From Eukaryota sp. GEM-RC1 (lineage: Eukaryota), in contig JAUFOQ010000006.1 of assembly GCA_040285855.1 (NCBI GenBank), forward strand, positions 992,001 to 1,056,000: a stretch of DNA of 64,000 nucleotides. Reading direction: 5' to 3'. Below the pieces are notes generated by a model that saw only the letters and a list, made by a program, of their open reading frames with translations, was not told the DNA's origin and made no database searches. A program made the position numbers and the translations under genes. Of the stretch, positions 11,713 to 25,769 are shown piece after piece. Numbering within the stretch: position 1 is the first letter of the stretch; each line of letters opens with the position of its first letter.

Positions 11713-12192
11713 GAAAGACAAACGTAGTGTCCACAAGATAAAGTACAAGCATCATCCGAGATGGAGTTACTGCCAATTTTGAGAAACCGTCATCTTTGAT
11801 AGACCAATTTGAAGTGACAGAAAGTTTCTGTTAGAAACCTGGTTCGCTCATTGAAGTGATTTTAAAATCTTCTTTGCTTTTAATTGTTAACACAGATTCA
11901 GTTTCGACCTTTGATGTCTCAAAACAAATTGGGCTATATGTACACTTTTTGCAAGTGTATGGTCCTAATACATGAAGCCACCACATTTTAGACTATTCTC
12001 TTTCTTGATATCTCACCAAATACACATGGGAGACACATATGTTCAAGTACTATGTAACACTAAATGGAATGCATATGAATCATATGTTTCGTGTTGTGAG
12101 AAATTATAGAATTGTGATGATGATGAACTGATTGCAATGCAGAATACAAATTTATGACTTATTAATAATTAACAATACAATACAAATCATGC

Positions 12193-14042
12193 TCAACTAC
12201 TAGGAATTGGTCTAAAATCACGAGAACTCTCAAGATTCTCATTGAGTTTTCCACCAGACAGTTCTCGCGGAACCTTTCCTTTCACCAAATCTGAATAGAA
12301 AACAGAAGCATCACCAGTAACACGTCCTCCAGTCTTTGAAACAGCCTCAGCCATACCTGACAACTGCCCATCCTTAAAGGAGCAGTAAAGAGCAACTCCA
12401 CAAGGAAAAACAACCGTGAACTTGCCTATACGTTTGCCTTCGTTCCAGACACCTTTTGCTTCAATTCCATTTATCCATTCCACACCTTCCCCGTGTTTCT
12501 GATTATTTGAAAATTTACCAATGAATTTAAACTTTGCAACACTATCTTCCAAAACACCTTTACCATGTCGCTTTCCTTCAGCAAACATTCCCTTATAGTA
12601 CTCCCCGTTGGGTCTCGTAAGCTCACCATAACCATGGAATACACCACCAATGAAGTTACCCTTGAAGATAGATCCATCAGCGTACTGGCAGCTGCCTTCT
12701 CCTTCTTTGATACCTTCCCTAAAGGTTCCAGAGAAGCGTTCCCCGTCGATTCCAAGCCAGGAGCCTTGACCATGAGGCTTTCCATTAACCAAATGACCTT
12801 CATAGATACCAGTACTTGAAATGACACGTGCAACACCAGTTCGAGATCCCTCAGAGTCGATCTGACCATTGAAAACAGCATCGTTAGTAATGATTCTGGC
12901 TAATCCAGTGATTTGATCTTGCTGCCACGAAGCAGACGTGACTTCCATTGACTTCTCCTCGTCATTTGATACAGAGACAGCCAGTCCGGGACCATTTCTC
13001 TTATTCTCTGAAACAGTACCAGCAAAGATAGAGATATTAGAGGGGGTGAAAGAGACTTCTGTGCAGTTTCCAACCAATTGATCCTTATCATAAGTTGACG
13101 TGACAGTCGTGGTGACGTCATCAGAAGAGCTCATGCAACTACCAGCTCCTTGTCGTTTTCCTTCCACGAAGTTTCCAACAAAATACGAACCATCAGGAGA
13201 CAGTATAGCTCCAGTACCGTGGGGTCGATTTTGACCGTCCACGTGACCAACGTAGACAGTACCATCAAGAACAAGAGATCTAATATTGGCAAGGGCGGTA
13301 ACTTGGTCAGCAATAGGAGTTTCAGTAGAGTTAGAAGTGAGTTCTGACAGAGCACGGATGCTGTTGGCTCTAATAGAGTGTTGGCTATCGGGAAGTGAGA
13401 CAGAGCGAAGACGGGATTTAAAGAAAGATGGACTTGAGGAGAACTTGGAGATTCCTTTGGCTAGTAATCGAGTGGCTTGCGTGGTAAGATCAAGAAGGTC
13501 ACGGCGGGATGTGGAAGCGTAGTCAGGTGATGACGTGACGGCGGCAAAGAGGATCTCCCCCCAGAAGGTGAAGAGCGTTTTGGATCTAGAGTCCTTGAGA
13601 AAATCTATTCGGTCGCAGAGATCAGGGTGGAATTGGCAGAAGTCGTAGAGGAATGCGAGGAGAGTACCATAAATGGCACGTGATACAGCTGGGAGTAGAG
13701 AGAAGAGTTGAAGCAGAGAACGTTCTTTGTACAACATGTCGGAGTTCTTGCTGCACAGTGTTAACATTTCAGTTCCAAGTGCGGACGAAATCAATGGCGG
13801 GGAGTGTTTTTGGTGTATGAGATGAGGAAGTTGCAAACAACATGAGGATGGATTAAGAAAGTCTCAAATGGATGCGTTTTGTGCTGCTGCCAAGACTTGA
13901 AAGCGTCTCTAAGACGGTGAACTTCCACATCCGACGGAGTTTTAGTAAAATCATCAAAATCTACCGAAGTGTTCGCCAAAAATCGCAAACATTCAGAGAA
14001 GAATGGAGGAGGCGAAGGAAGGTCTAATTGCTCCACTGACAT
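12193..14042 (-). CDS. RhoGAP-like N-terminal domain plus MORN-repeat protein (frameshift near 13835)
   Basis: FFSECLRFL, HRLRDAF, HPHVVCNFL, PPLI, LLPAVSRAIYGTLLAFL are RhoGAP-like. More than 10 MORN repeats (YEGHLVNGKPHGQG, YKGMFAEGKRHGKG). Confidence 0.8.
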
Positions 14043-14115
14043 TGAGATTGAGGATTGAAAAACTTTTGGGTAAAACCTTCTTCAAATAGTTCAAGACAGA
14101 AGAAGTCTACCCTAA

Positions 14116-17100
14116 ATGAGTCTCCTAACAGAGCTAGAAACGCTCCTTAAAGGAGATACTTCTTCCATAACTGACTCAGTTTCTCGTCTTCTTACAAGTA
14201 ATCCTGAATTCTTCTGTTTAACATCTAATCAGTTTCAACATTTCTCTCAGATTCTTGTCACTCTTAATTGGTCTTTGTTATCTAATGAAGCATGTTCAGG
14301 CCTTTCTACTATTCTTCTCCGGGTTCTAGACCATTCTCCTGATCCTCAAACCCTTCTTCCCATTCTGATCTCTATCATTGTCAACGCTTCCTGTTCTAGT
14401 AACATCCTAGACTCTTTGTTCTCTAGATTCACAGTCGATCTTCCAACTACACCTCTCTTTCTTTCATCATTACAGGAATTCTTTACTGTTGAGCCTAATT
14501 GTACCACAATATTGCCCTTTGTTGGGGTTTTGCAGAGGATCTTTGCAGAATTTAGTGCTAATTTGACTCGAATTGATGCTTCAATAGTAGCCATATTAAC
14601 GAATTTGTTTGTTTATGTACTCAGATGTTCACACGTTTTCCCCAAATTCTATTCTTTTTTTAAGAAACTGTTGAATTTAACTCAATCATTGAACATCATT
14701 CTCGATGCTTCCTCGACTGTCATGACGTCAACAGTCTTCTACGATTGTCTTATTCTCTTTCTGCGAATGTTTTTAAATAATTCCCTTGGTCTTGCTCCTT
14801 CATTTATTGAAGACGTGGTTCAATTACCAGGAGTGGACTTGTTTAAGAAGTTGTCCACCATCTCAATCACTCAGAAAGGAGATCTTTACAATATCCAATC
14901 AAATTTGATTTCTGCATTGTCCAATCTATTTCTGTATATAGGTGGAGACGTCGAAAATCAATCTTTTGTGGCGTTTTTTAAATTAATCTTAACGGCTGCA
15001 AGTGCTGATAGCGTGTTTCCCAGAAAATTAAATATTGTAACAAATTTCACTTTCTTTGCCCAGAGATCTGAACTGATTACCATTGATCTCTTTTCATTCC
15101 TACTTCTTGTTATCAACTCTTGTTTTGACCAACTTGACGCTCAGGAATTAAACAAAGTTTCAGATTCTTTGCCAAAAATTACTATCAATGTTGGGTCGAT
15201 TTTCTGCTGTTTGCCTTGGAAAAATATTTCCATCATGGAAAAAACAATTGAAATTTTACAGCATTTTTCATTTCATTCACTTTGTGAAATCGTGTCTGCT
15301 TTTTCTACCACATATTTCTCCACACAAACTAAGTCTGTTCCAATGTCTTCCAAAATTTGTTTCAGTTTCTTACATGGTTTTTGTTCAAAGTATTCCACAT
15401 CCATTTCACACGTGTTAACACTGCCTGTCACGTCACCTTTTGTGCCACGTATTGATGGTGTTTGTCGAGAGTATCGTGATGTATTGCTTTCGGATCCGCA
15501 AGCGATGGTAATTGAGAGTGCTCATCATTTTTTAAACTTTCTATCCAAAATTCCGTCGCTTAACTCATCAGACGCTCTTTATCTTGCTACTTCATTGTTA
15601 GAATTGTCACTTAATCCGACTTTCAAATTGTCTATTGATTCTGAACTCGCTTTCCGCTTAGTTCTTGACTTTGTTGCACTAGATTCAGCGGAGTATTTCC
15701 TTCTCTTTGTTACGAGGTTTTTCTATCATAATCAGAATATTGGGACGACATTTTTAAAATATCTCTGTGAATTTAATTTTTCAGATCAAACTGTGTTTGA
15801 TAAGTTGAGTATTGGTACTTTAGCTTCTATTATCCCAGACAATTACCTTTATTACATACGTGTCTCAATTCCAAAATCTAATTTGGAAACTTCTCTTTTC
15901 GCTTCTATAGTTATGAGATTAATTTGTTTCAAGGCCTTGTTTGTTCTACATGATGGGTTGACACGTCAAGAACCTTCCCCTTTTGATTACAATCTATCCA
16001 GTGAGCGTCATTCAGATAATTTCTCTTGTTTTCTTGTTAATTTCACTCAAAATTTGAAAATTTTTTCTGAGTCAGAAGTGCAAAATCAAGATGACTTGAT
16101 TCAATATCTTTTATTACAAGGTTCTTCTTTTAACCAGTTCTTTCAACCTATATTTAAGAGTCATAATGGTAATCCTTCCACTAAACAGCAATTATCACTG
16201 GCGATTGTGCTTTTGACCATTTCAGTTTTTGAAAATTTTGAAATTTGTGATGAATTGGCCAGTCAGCTTGTTCTTGTGATTTTTCAAATATTTTCATCTG
16301 CTCTTCTTCACTATTCTTGTCCTTCTCAAAGTTTCCCCAATCAAGGCCCAAGTGACACCTGTCAGGTTTGTGTGAACGTCATCAAGCCAATCATTTCTAA
16401 TGTTTTGTCTTTCGTGATTGATAATTGTGATTTACTGTTTTCAGTGCTTTCTGTTGACGATTTTCTTTTGATTGTTGGTACTTGTCTTGATTTCTCTATT
16501 AAATCGCTCAATCAATCAAAAATTCCTACTGAATCAAAGAAGTCTCAATTTGACGTTTTTAACTGTAATTATTCACAAATTTCGTCTGTCATTTGGGGTA
16601 AAATTCCCAAGAAATTTCAAAATTCCGAGTTATCCACTTTGAGCTCATGGATAATCGTAGGTTTAGTTTCATCTCACCTTCTTAATCCACAATCGAATCA
16701 CATCAACAGTCAAATTCAAACCATCTTGCCTCTTTTGAATACCACCGTAAAGTCATGTTTCATCACCCTAAATAAGTTGATTGTCTGTGATTGCGATCTC
16801 AATTTTGATACATTACTTTCCTCTTTCGTTCATTTAGATGACGTGCTACAAGAGTTTGTCCTTCAGCTGATGTTCATCCTTATTTCCATTTATAACCATG
16901 ATTTGATCCCTTCCTTCTCCTCCTTCCTTCTCCAACTTAATCTCCCCAATGTCACAGAAACTCTCTCTGGACTATTGACCAATAATGACGAGTTCTGTGT
17001 TACTGTTGATTTAGCTCCTCTCCTTCCCTTAATGTTACCATTCTTCATTGATTATAACAAAGACTTGGTTTTGGAGCTGGTTTCGAAACGTCTGTTGATG

Positions 17101-20100
17101 TGTTGTAGTTCGAACTTGTCTACTTGTACATTTGAAGTTTTCTTTTTTTCTTCAGTTTCTTTTATTTCTAATAGTCCCCTATCAATGGATCCTTTTCTGT
17201 CCTTTTCTAAGGCAAACTTGGTGTTGTTTAACTTGCTCTATCGCCTGCACTCGTCTGCGAGCTCTACTTTGGCTCTATATTGGTCATATTTCACTAATGA
17301 TCCTGCGTGCTACTCCCCAATCAGTTCGTCAGTACAGCTCACTCAGTTCTGTAAAGAGAAACTGGACTCTTATTTGATTGCTCCGTCAACCCAAAATATC
17401 ACGTTACCTACCATATCACGTCACTACCTTCCGTTTTCTTACTTAATTGAATTAGACAAGTCTGAGAGCTTTAGTTCTATTCTTGATCAAGTGTATTTCC
17501 TACAATATTCAATTTTTCAAAGTCAAAAGAAGTTGTCAATTTCCTTAATGTATCACTTTTTGAAAAAGTGTTTGGATATTTTGTTTTTAGTCCAGCGAAA
17601 TATCAGTTCCAACCTCACTTATTGTACTAAGATATGTAAAACTGGTCTATATCTTCTCCAAAAATCTACAATCAATCAAAATTGATTGATCCTCTTTTCC
17701 ACCGATATTCTGTCCTCATCTTCTCATTTGTCTCTCTTTTAGTTGAAAACCAAACTACGTCTCTTCTTAAAGATTTAATATTCTCTTATCCCATCGTTAT
17801 TACTCTCAACTCTGGTTCTTTCTTTTTGCTTCTCTGCTCATTAATCGATTCACCTAACAATTTCTCACCGGATTTTGTGTTTGCTTTGAAAAAGAATATT
17901 TTTTCAACACAAGAGTTGGCTGAAATGGCCTGGAACTTTCCCTGTTGTTATTTGACTGGTCAGACGCTTTCCACGCAGAAGACACGGGATTTTGTTGCAA
18001 AGATTAGGAATTCCTCAGATGTGTTTGGAAATATTTTAAATATTCGCTCTCTTTTGAATGGTATTGGAAATGATCCTGTGGATATGGTTGGTCGATCATT
18101 TAGTCGAGTTCTATCGTCATTTAGGTCTAAATCAACTGAATTTCAATCAAAAAGTTCAAAACTTACCCTTTCTGCCGACGTTTCGACTCTCTTTTCCACT
18201 ATATTTAAACCTTTTATTGATCACATATCACTTCTACTTTCCAAAATTGGAACTAGGCCTTCCGATTATGAAATTTTTAATACTTTTGTTATCGACATTA
18301 AGTCCTTCTTTAATGTACTTTCAGCTGCACTCCAAGCGACAGCTCAGAATAGGCAGTTTTTCATCAATCATTTGAACTTACTGTTACCTCGATTACGAAT
18401 TATTTTTGCTCCCATCCAATCAGCTTGTTCACAACCCCTTGCTATTCAATCAAATGTAATTGATCAGATTCAAGGTTGCTACTTGCCTCTTTTAGGACAG
18501 AATGGGTTGTATCAATCTTTTTTAATTGATTCAGTTGAATCCAAACTTCCTGTTTTGGCTTCTCAAACAATGCCCCGAATTTTAAATATTTCCACAAGTG
18601 CGGGAAAAGTTTCTCTTCTGGTTAAACCTGCTGATCCCTCTGCTGAAATCACCACATCACGTATTCTAACTGTTCTCGATTGTCTTCTTGCCTATTCTGA
18701 ACAATCAAAACTCCATACTCCCAAATTGATCTCCTTTTCTGATCAGGATTCTGAATCCTGTGCCGTAGGATCTTTCTTATTACCAGGATCGTCTTTAACT
18801 AAGTTAGTTGAGCCCTTCATGTCGCCTTTCAATCAAATCAAACAGGTAAAATCAAAGACAAAATCATCATTTGATAGATGGAAAGTGATGTCATGGATTT
18901 ATTCACCGTGTCAGTTCAAAACCCAATCACTTTTTTGGTCGCTTTCCCCTGATTGGTTGACGTCATCTATCACGTCATGGTTGATTGGTCTAGGTGATCG
19001 TCATTTAGGAAACTTTCTTCTTTCAAACGTATCTCAATCTCCTTCCATTTCCGACAAAGTGATTGTAACCCTTGATTTTGGTCAAGTTCTTGATTGCTCA
19101 CGTTTCCTTCCTGTTCCAGAACAAGTTCCATTCCGACTTTCTCCTTTAATTCTTCGTTCCCTGCCTCCATGGAATCGTGGATCTTATCTCAGTAGCCATT
19201 TAGCCTCATCACTTCAATCACTTGCCAAATTTGACAGTTTGATTGCTAACTGTATGTCATCGTTTAAAACTAATCCACCTCTTCTTGCGTTAAAGAAAAT
19301 CAATCAGCTTCGTGGATCACAATCAATTTGTCAATCAGATTTGACTGGATTTTCTGAGCTTTATAACTCACTATTAGTTACTGTCAAGTGTGTCTCTGAT
19401 ACACGTCATCAAATCAAAGAATTCACAAGAAGTCAATCCAAACAGCTTAAGGTTCTCCAAGACTTCAAAGACGTTGCATCTAAGTCCGATCAATCACTGC
19501 AATCAACTCTTTCCCATCTCAACAAGCTACGTGATGACCTACAATCTCTAATCCAATCAATTCCAATCAACGACACGACTCTTTCCACCATTAACAGTCT
19601 CCAATCACAAGGATTGTCTGCTTTATCAACTCTTTGTCCTTTGATCTCTTCTAATGTCCAACTTTCCGTTCCTAAGGGATTACCTCCAGGATTATTTGGA
19701 AATCCTCAGGAATTAATTAAAAATGTGCGAAAACTGATTTCTGAATATCAAACAATTTTGAAAAACTTTGATGGTCGTTATGGAGATTTCAGTTCAGTAA
19801 AAGTGTTGCAACAATTTTTAAGTAATTTTGATGTTTTCAAACAAGCTATCGAAAAAGGTGATACGAATTTTGTTGTCCTTGAATCTTCCAAATTTTTAAA
19901 CTTCATTGCTTGTCAACCAGAGGATGACGAATTGCGCCAACTGCAGCTTTTCTTCAATATTTATTCTGAAATTCGACAATTTCAATCAACCATCAATCAA
20001 CTATCTAATCTTAATAAGTTACCAGCCACTATTCAATCTATTTTTTCCACTTTTGCTCTCGGTTTTACTAAACTTGACGAACCTTCTGCTAACACCATGT

Positions 20101-21578
20101 TTAACGACTTCTTCCAGTTTGTTTCATCAAATCTATCAGTTTCTGAGGATTTCAATTTTGATCATATCTTAAATTTTGTTTTAGCTGTGGAATTTTTAAT
20201 TTTGATTGTAGAGTTTGTTTTTGATTTGAAGAATGATAATGGTTCCAAAGCCACTGTCCGACTTTATTCAGGATTTTCAACATTTGTGCTCAATTATTTA
20301 ATTTGTGGACATTTTGTCACACTCCATCCTACGTTGGAAATATTTAAATCCAAATTTAATTCTGTATTAAATATTCATCTTTTCGACAAGGAAATGAGTT
20401 ACATCTATTCTGATTTAAAGTATTTTGACTTCTCATGCCATGATCAATCACTGATTGATTGTTTTGGTCTCGTCATGGACAAATTCCTCACGCGTTTCAA
20501 AGACTTGGTTTCAAGCCCGAAAACAACCGCCTCCAAATTTTTAAATTTTTCCGCTTTATTGAATAACAGAATAGCTGCCATCAAGAAGAAATATTCTTTA
20601 CTATGTGAGAACTTCATTAAGGAAAGTGAATTGTCCAGTGTATTTATCAAATATGCTTGGTTCTGGGATCGATTCTATGTGGAGGACATTTTATCACATC
20701 ACACATCTCTTCAGAGTTTAACACCACAGTATTTTATTACAAATTTTAATTCTTCGTTAAAAAACCTCGAAAAATCAATGACGAACCCATTGCTCGATTC
20801 TAATACTAAGAATTCAGTAAGTGTCGCTATTTCTACCGTGAGAATTATTCTGCAATTTGAGTCGTTCAGGAATTTCCAAGGTAAAGTTCCTTTATGTGAT
20901 AGTATCCGTGAATTCATACAAAGACTCAGCAAACACGGTGAAAACCAACTAGAAATGATCCAGTATTCATCTCAAGAGGAAGTTCTGCTCAGAATCAACA
21001 AGAATCTTGAAGACTTGACTGGAGTTTTGACCACTCAATCACGTTCACTAGCTTCTTCTACTGATTCGTTTGCTCGGCAATTCGATAACGTTCTAGTTCT
21101 TCAAGAAATCATTGAAAACGAATCGGAGATATTTGAAAAATTCCAAAACATCGTCTCCATCATGTCATCAATCAAAATTGATTCAATCGACGATTGCTTC
21201 GGGCAACTCGGTCAAGTTCTCTCTTGTTGGCCTGACCTCGACAGCCTTATCGAAGCTTTCTCGGCTCTCGTACTGTCACTCTCCTCTGCATTGTCTACAT
21301 TGTCCGAGTCTAAAGTAGACCAAGATTTAGTATCTCAGAATGTTAAAGATTTCATTCGTGGAGATATCTCAGCTTTTGTTGAGAGGAAGTCCTATGCACT
21401 GACTCAGATTAAAAACAGTTTGCTTAAATTAAGAGGGTTAATTACTGAATTACACCATTTGGATGTTCCTCTGGTTGAGTCTTTGGATATGGAAGAAGTT
21501 GCCACGCGATTAGTAGCTAATGCTTCTAGTATTGATGTGCTGTCACAAATGTACATTGGTTGGATGCCATTTTGTTGA
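14116..21578 (+). CDS. PIKK-family kinase, SMG1-like (frameshift near 17680)
   Basis: Helical N-terminus; IGLGDRHLGN, LDFG, LPVPEQVPFRLS; ~780-aa insertion before the FATC (VLSQMYIGWMPFC*), an architecture typical of SMG1. Confidence 0.8.
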
Positions 21579-22236
21579 TGATGTGATCGTTGATGATGTG
21601 ATTGATGTCTCAAATAGTTTGAGTTGAGCTCCACTTGTACTGAAGTCAGTTGAGATGGCCAATTTTGATTTGTCAGTTGGTTTTTATCAGGTTTTTCCTG
21701 ATAGCTGGGTACTAGTTGATATTTCATTTTTACCAGAGTATTTTGAATTTTCTCGTTTCTAACATTTTAATGCATTAGCTATATTTGTGAATAAATTGTT
21801 ATGTTTAATTTGTCTTCGAAAACCATCTGTAAATGCGTCTCAAGTTAACGGGATTATCGCAGACTTAATGACTTTAGTCGATAAGTATTAGAAACAAAAG
21901 AGAACGGTGTGATCAAGAAGTCATACCTTAGAAGAATCTGTTGCACAATACTTATGGACACGAGTTATGGCATTATACGTTGACGTCCCTTACCTGATAG
22001 CTAAAGAAGTGTTACCAGTGACAACTGATGTACACTACAACTAATTCTTCACAAATGGTACTCATCCAATCATTCAACGACATAATTACATGATAGAGAG
22101 GGACCAAAGTATTAATGTAATCTGTTTGTTCTTGAGATTATTCTGCTACACAACTGTGTTAATTGAAGGGAACTACAAAGTATTACTAGACAGAAACGAA
22201 ACGCCCCACTTTTTTTCGTTTTCCCTTTGCAACTTA

Positions 22237-23437
22237 ATGCTCGATTCTTGTGTTTCACCTACTTCAACTGCTTCCGGTATCACCGAAGGGACGAAAAAAC
22301 CAGTGAATGACATCTCTATTCAGCAAAGTCTGTTGATTTTGATACATCTTCACTTGTTGAAGCGTCGTTTTCAGTATTCAGTGTATGCTGTAGATGTAGA
22401 CGGTGAAGAACTTCATCAACATGTTCTCAATTTGAAGCAAGACCTGGCTCACCACTTTCAGACCATTGGCTACATAAGCAATCTTTTCTTTGATACTGCT
22501 GTATTAGCTGTTAGACTTTTTTCCAAACAACCACCATCCCTATTGCTTCCACAGATCTTGCTCACCTACATTCATTTGCCACTTTCTTTGGAGCAGAGGT
22601 ACGGTCTGTTTCCCTGTACGTTGAAGAGAGATTTAATGTCGAGGAGTATATAAGTAGTTCGGATATCATTTCATCCTTGGATTTAGTCTTGCAACATGGT
22701 AAAGATCTGGAATTCCTCAACTGCAAGTCTTCTCAGTTTTTCTCCAACCTTAGACATCTTCATGTCAGCGTTGATGCCCCTGTTCTTATGCCATTTGTTG
22801 AATTGTTGAAACTTAATACTTCAGTTACCAGCGTTCATTTTAGTTATGAGTATTATGGAGATGAAGGGGCTAGCACTTTTTAGAGGTTTTGAAAGTTAAT
22901 ACCACAATTGCTACTGTTAATTTGAGTTACAACTTTATTAGAAATGAATGTGCTAGATCTGTGGCAGAGGTTTTAAAAGTCAATACAACAGTGACAAGTA
23001 TTGATTTACGTGGAAACTCTATTGGAAATGATGGAGTTACAACACTATCAAATGCATTGTTGGTTAATTCTACATTAACAAATATCAACCTACGTGAAAA
23101 CTCTATTGGAAAAGTTGGAGTGATCGCACTGGCAGATGCGTTAAAAGTTAATTCTACTTTGACAAGTGTTGATCTAGGCAAAACCTCTATTGGTAATGAC
23201 GGAGCTAAAGCATTGGCAGATGCATTGAAAGTTAATGTTACATTAAGAAGTGTTAATTTAGAGGACAACTTTATTACTGCTGAAGGAGCAAGAGCTTTGG
23301 CAGAGGCATTAACTATCAATAATTCATTGACAACTATTAATTTAAGTCGAAATTGTCTTGGAATTGAAGGTTATATGGCACTAGACGAGGTTCAAAAAAA
23401 TAAGGGAATAGTCATAATATTGGTGTCAGAATGTTAA
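22237..23437 (+). CDS. NLRC3/RNI-like 28-residue leucine-rich repeat protein, frameshifted (possible pseudogene)
   Basis: Repeats of the form LKVNTTVTSIDLRGNSIGNDG..ALA.AL; three ORFs in different frames. Confidence 0.85.
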
Positions 23438-23883
23438 AATATTAGAATCAGGTTTCCTGTTTTCCACTCTTCTTTGGTTCTTCAAATGTTAATTATTATT
23501 ATGAATTCTTCTGTTTTTGTGGACTGATCAATCAGTTTATTAATTAAATAAAAGAATGTTATTACTAGTTGTTTGTCTTTCGTTAATTTATAACATAAAA
23601 TCTGTTCAATAAAATAAAAGAAGAGTTAATTTCAAAATACTAGGAGGAATTTTCACAAAGTAAATCATTCATTGCAGCGCTTTTTAAAAGTGAAAACATA
23701 CGAGTTGGAGTGAACCTATTGAAACAATCTGACACCTGATTATGATTATACTACAGAAAAGTCAAGAAACAAAACCACCACAGTGAGTTTGTCCTAATTT
23801 TTCAATTCAGAAATAACCAAGAATTTTTGAAAAAATGCACGATGACATTGCTTTGAGAGTCAAGAATATAATGCCGTGTTACG

Positions 23884-24799
23884 TTACTGAGGTTTCTCCA
23901 ATAGCTTCAATTGACTAAAAGCCAAAGGATTGCCCAAATCAGCAGACTTTTGTAACCAATAATTGGCTTGTGATAGATCTTGCTGAATCCCGCTACCATC
24001 TTTGTAGCATTGACCTACGTTGTACATTGCGTACGAATCACCTAGCTCAGCAGCCTTTCGGTACCACTCTAATGCTTGTGATTTGTCTTGATAAACACCA
24101 TTTCCATCATCATAGGAGACACCAAGATGAACCATAGCTCCACAATGTCCGAGGTCAGCAGCTTTTTGAAACCAATGCACTGCCTGCTTGTAGTCCTTTT
24201 CAATTCCTTCTCCATCGTATAAACAAAATCCGAGGTTATACATTGCCATTGAATCTCCCAATTCAGCAGCTTTTTGATACCAGGAAACAGCCCTTGTTTG
24301 ATCTTTTTCTACTCTTATTGCGTTCTCGTAACAGTAGCCAAGATTGACCATCGCTCTTGAATGACCCAACTCAGCAGCGTTTTTGGAACCAGCTCACTGC
24401 TTGAGCTGGATCTTCTGGAACTCCTTTTGCAAAGAAGTGGCAAAGTCCAAGAGAGAACATTGCATAGCTATCACCCGAATCAGCAGCCTTTTGATACCAA
24501 TAAACAGCCAATGATTGGTCTTGTACAACACCGATTCCGTGTTCATAACAAACACCAAGAGCAGCCATGGCCAGTGCATCACCTAATTCTGCGTTTTCCT
24601 TACACCACTGGATGGTTTTCTCTAAGTTGTTTCTTGCGTTAGGACATGAACAGGCTTTCATGAACCAGTAAACAGCTTGTCTAACGTTCTGTTCAACTTC
24701 ATTTCCTTCAAGAAAGCAGTGCGCTAGACTAACCATTGCAGTTACATCACCACGTTGGGCTGCTTGTTGGTAGGTTTGAATTTTAGAAGTACATGGCAT
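23884..24799 (-). CDS. SEL1-like repeat protein (frameshift near 24372)
   Basis: About 8 repeats of AM.NLG.CY..G.G...D...A..WY.KAA..G. Confidence 0.9.
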
Positions 24800-25643
24800 T
24801 CAATGTTAGTAGTAATGGTGGAAGAAATTCGCATACCAGTACACCTACAGTACCAAACCTCATCTTGAAATACTCTTACTTAACATCTAAACCTTATGAT
24901 CTTCATCTCAACAATGAGCCTCGAAATCTCATCATGTGTCTTTTAGAGGTAGTTTCAATAACATAACTTGATGGGAGACAGAATCTGCAACGAATCATTG
25001 GTATTGTAAAGTTACTAGTTGAGCAGTAAATTGAATGTCAATGATACTTGCAAAAATAGCCGACATTCATATACATATGACGAAAGTTGATCGCAAAGTC
25101 TCCAAAGGATTGCTCTTTTACCATTTTATCCATCAAAATACAAAGAGCAACAAGACAAAATATGTAAAAAAAACATATTTGTTGTTCCCAAGTACATGTA
25201 CGGGTTGTCCTTTCCCCCACTTTGGGCATAACATATTTGTAAATCAAAACAGCATGACTTTGTGAGTCCAATACATTTCAGTTCATATATGGGATGCTTT
25301 CCATCACTAAAGATTGTTTAGTATTATTAAATAAAATATTAATAAATCAAAAATTATGAACCCCAAATTGCTCTGATCTCTCGAATCTGAGATGGTTACC
25401 TGAAAAAATTGAATTGACAATGTAATTATTTGAATACAATGGTATGAAACATTGACCAATCAAATTTGCGAATTAGCCTCCTTGGGTCAAGACCACAAAA
25501 CAAATACCATATACATATAACATAAAACTGATGTCAGGTATTACCACTACTGCCAATACTACAACAGGAAAATTTAAACAGTTATTTTGTTTAGTTCAAA
25601 AAGACAAGTTGGAACGACTACATGTATCTACATCTGTTTGTAC

Positions 25644-25754
25644 TATAGTTGCAAAATACACGGCCAAAAAAATAATACAATACATAATACAGAAAAAATA
25701 CAGAATACATTGTTTATTGTACAAAAATACTGTATTTTGTATTTTGCAACTATG
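25644..25754. mobile_element. 111-bp hAT-type MITE
   Basis: TIR (T/C)ATAGTTGCAAAATACA; flanks GTTTGTAC / GTTTGTAT (7/8 TSD). A related right end lies near 38540-38557. Confidence 0.75.
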
Positions 25755-25769
25755 GTTTGTATTACTTAC

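Noticed and set aside
12471..13522. Alternative-frame and antisense ORFs over the MORN gene (likewise over the PIKK, RAD54B, DCN1 and kinase genes)
   Set aside because: Shadow ORFs of real genes with no recognisable motifs.
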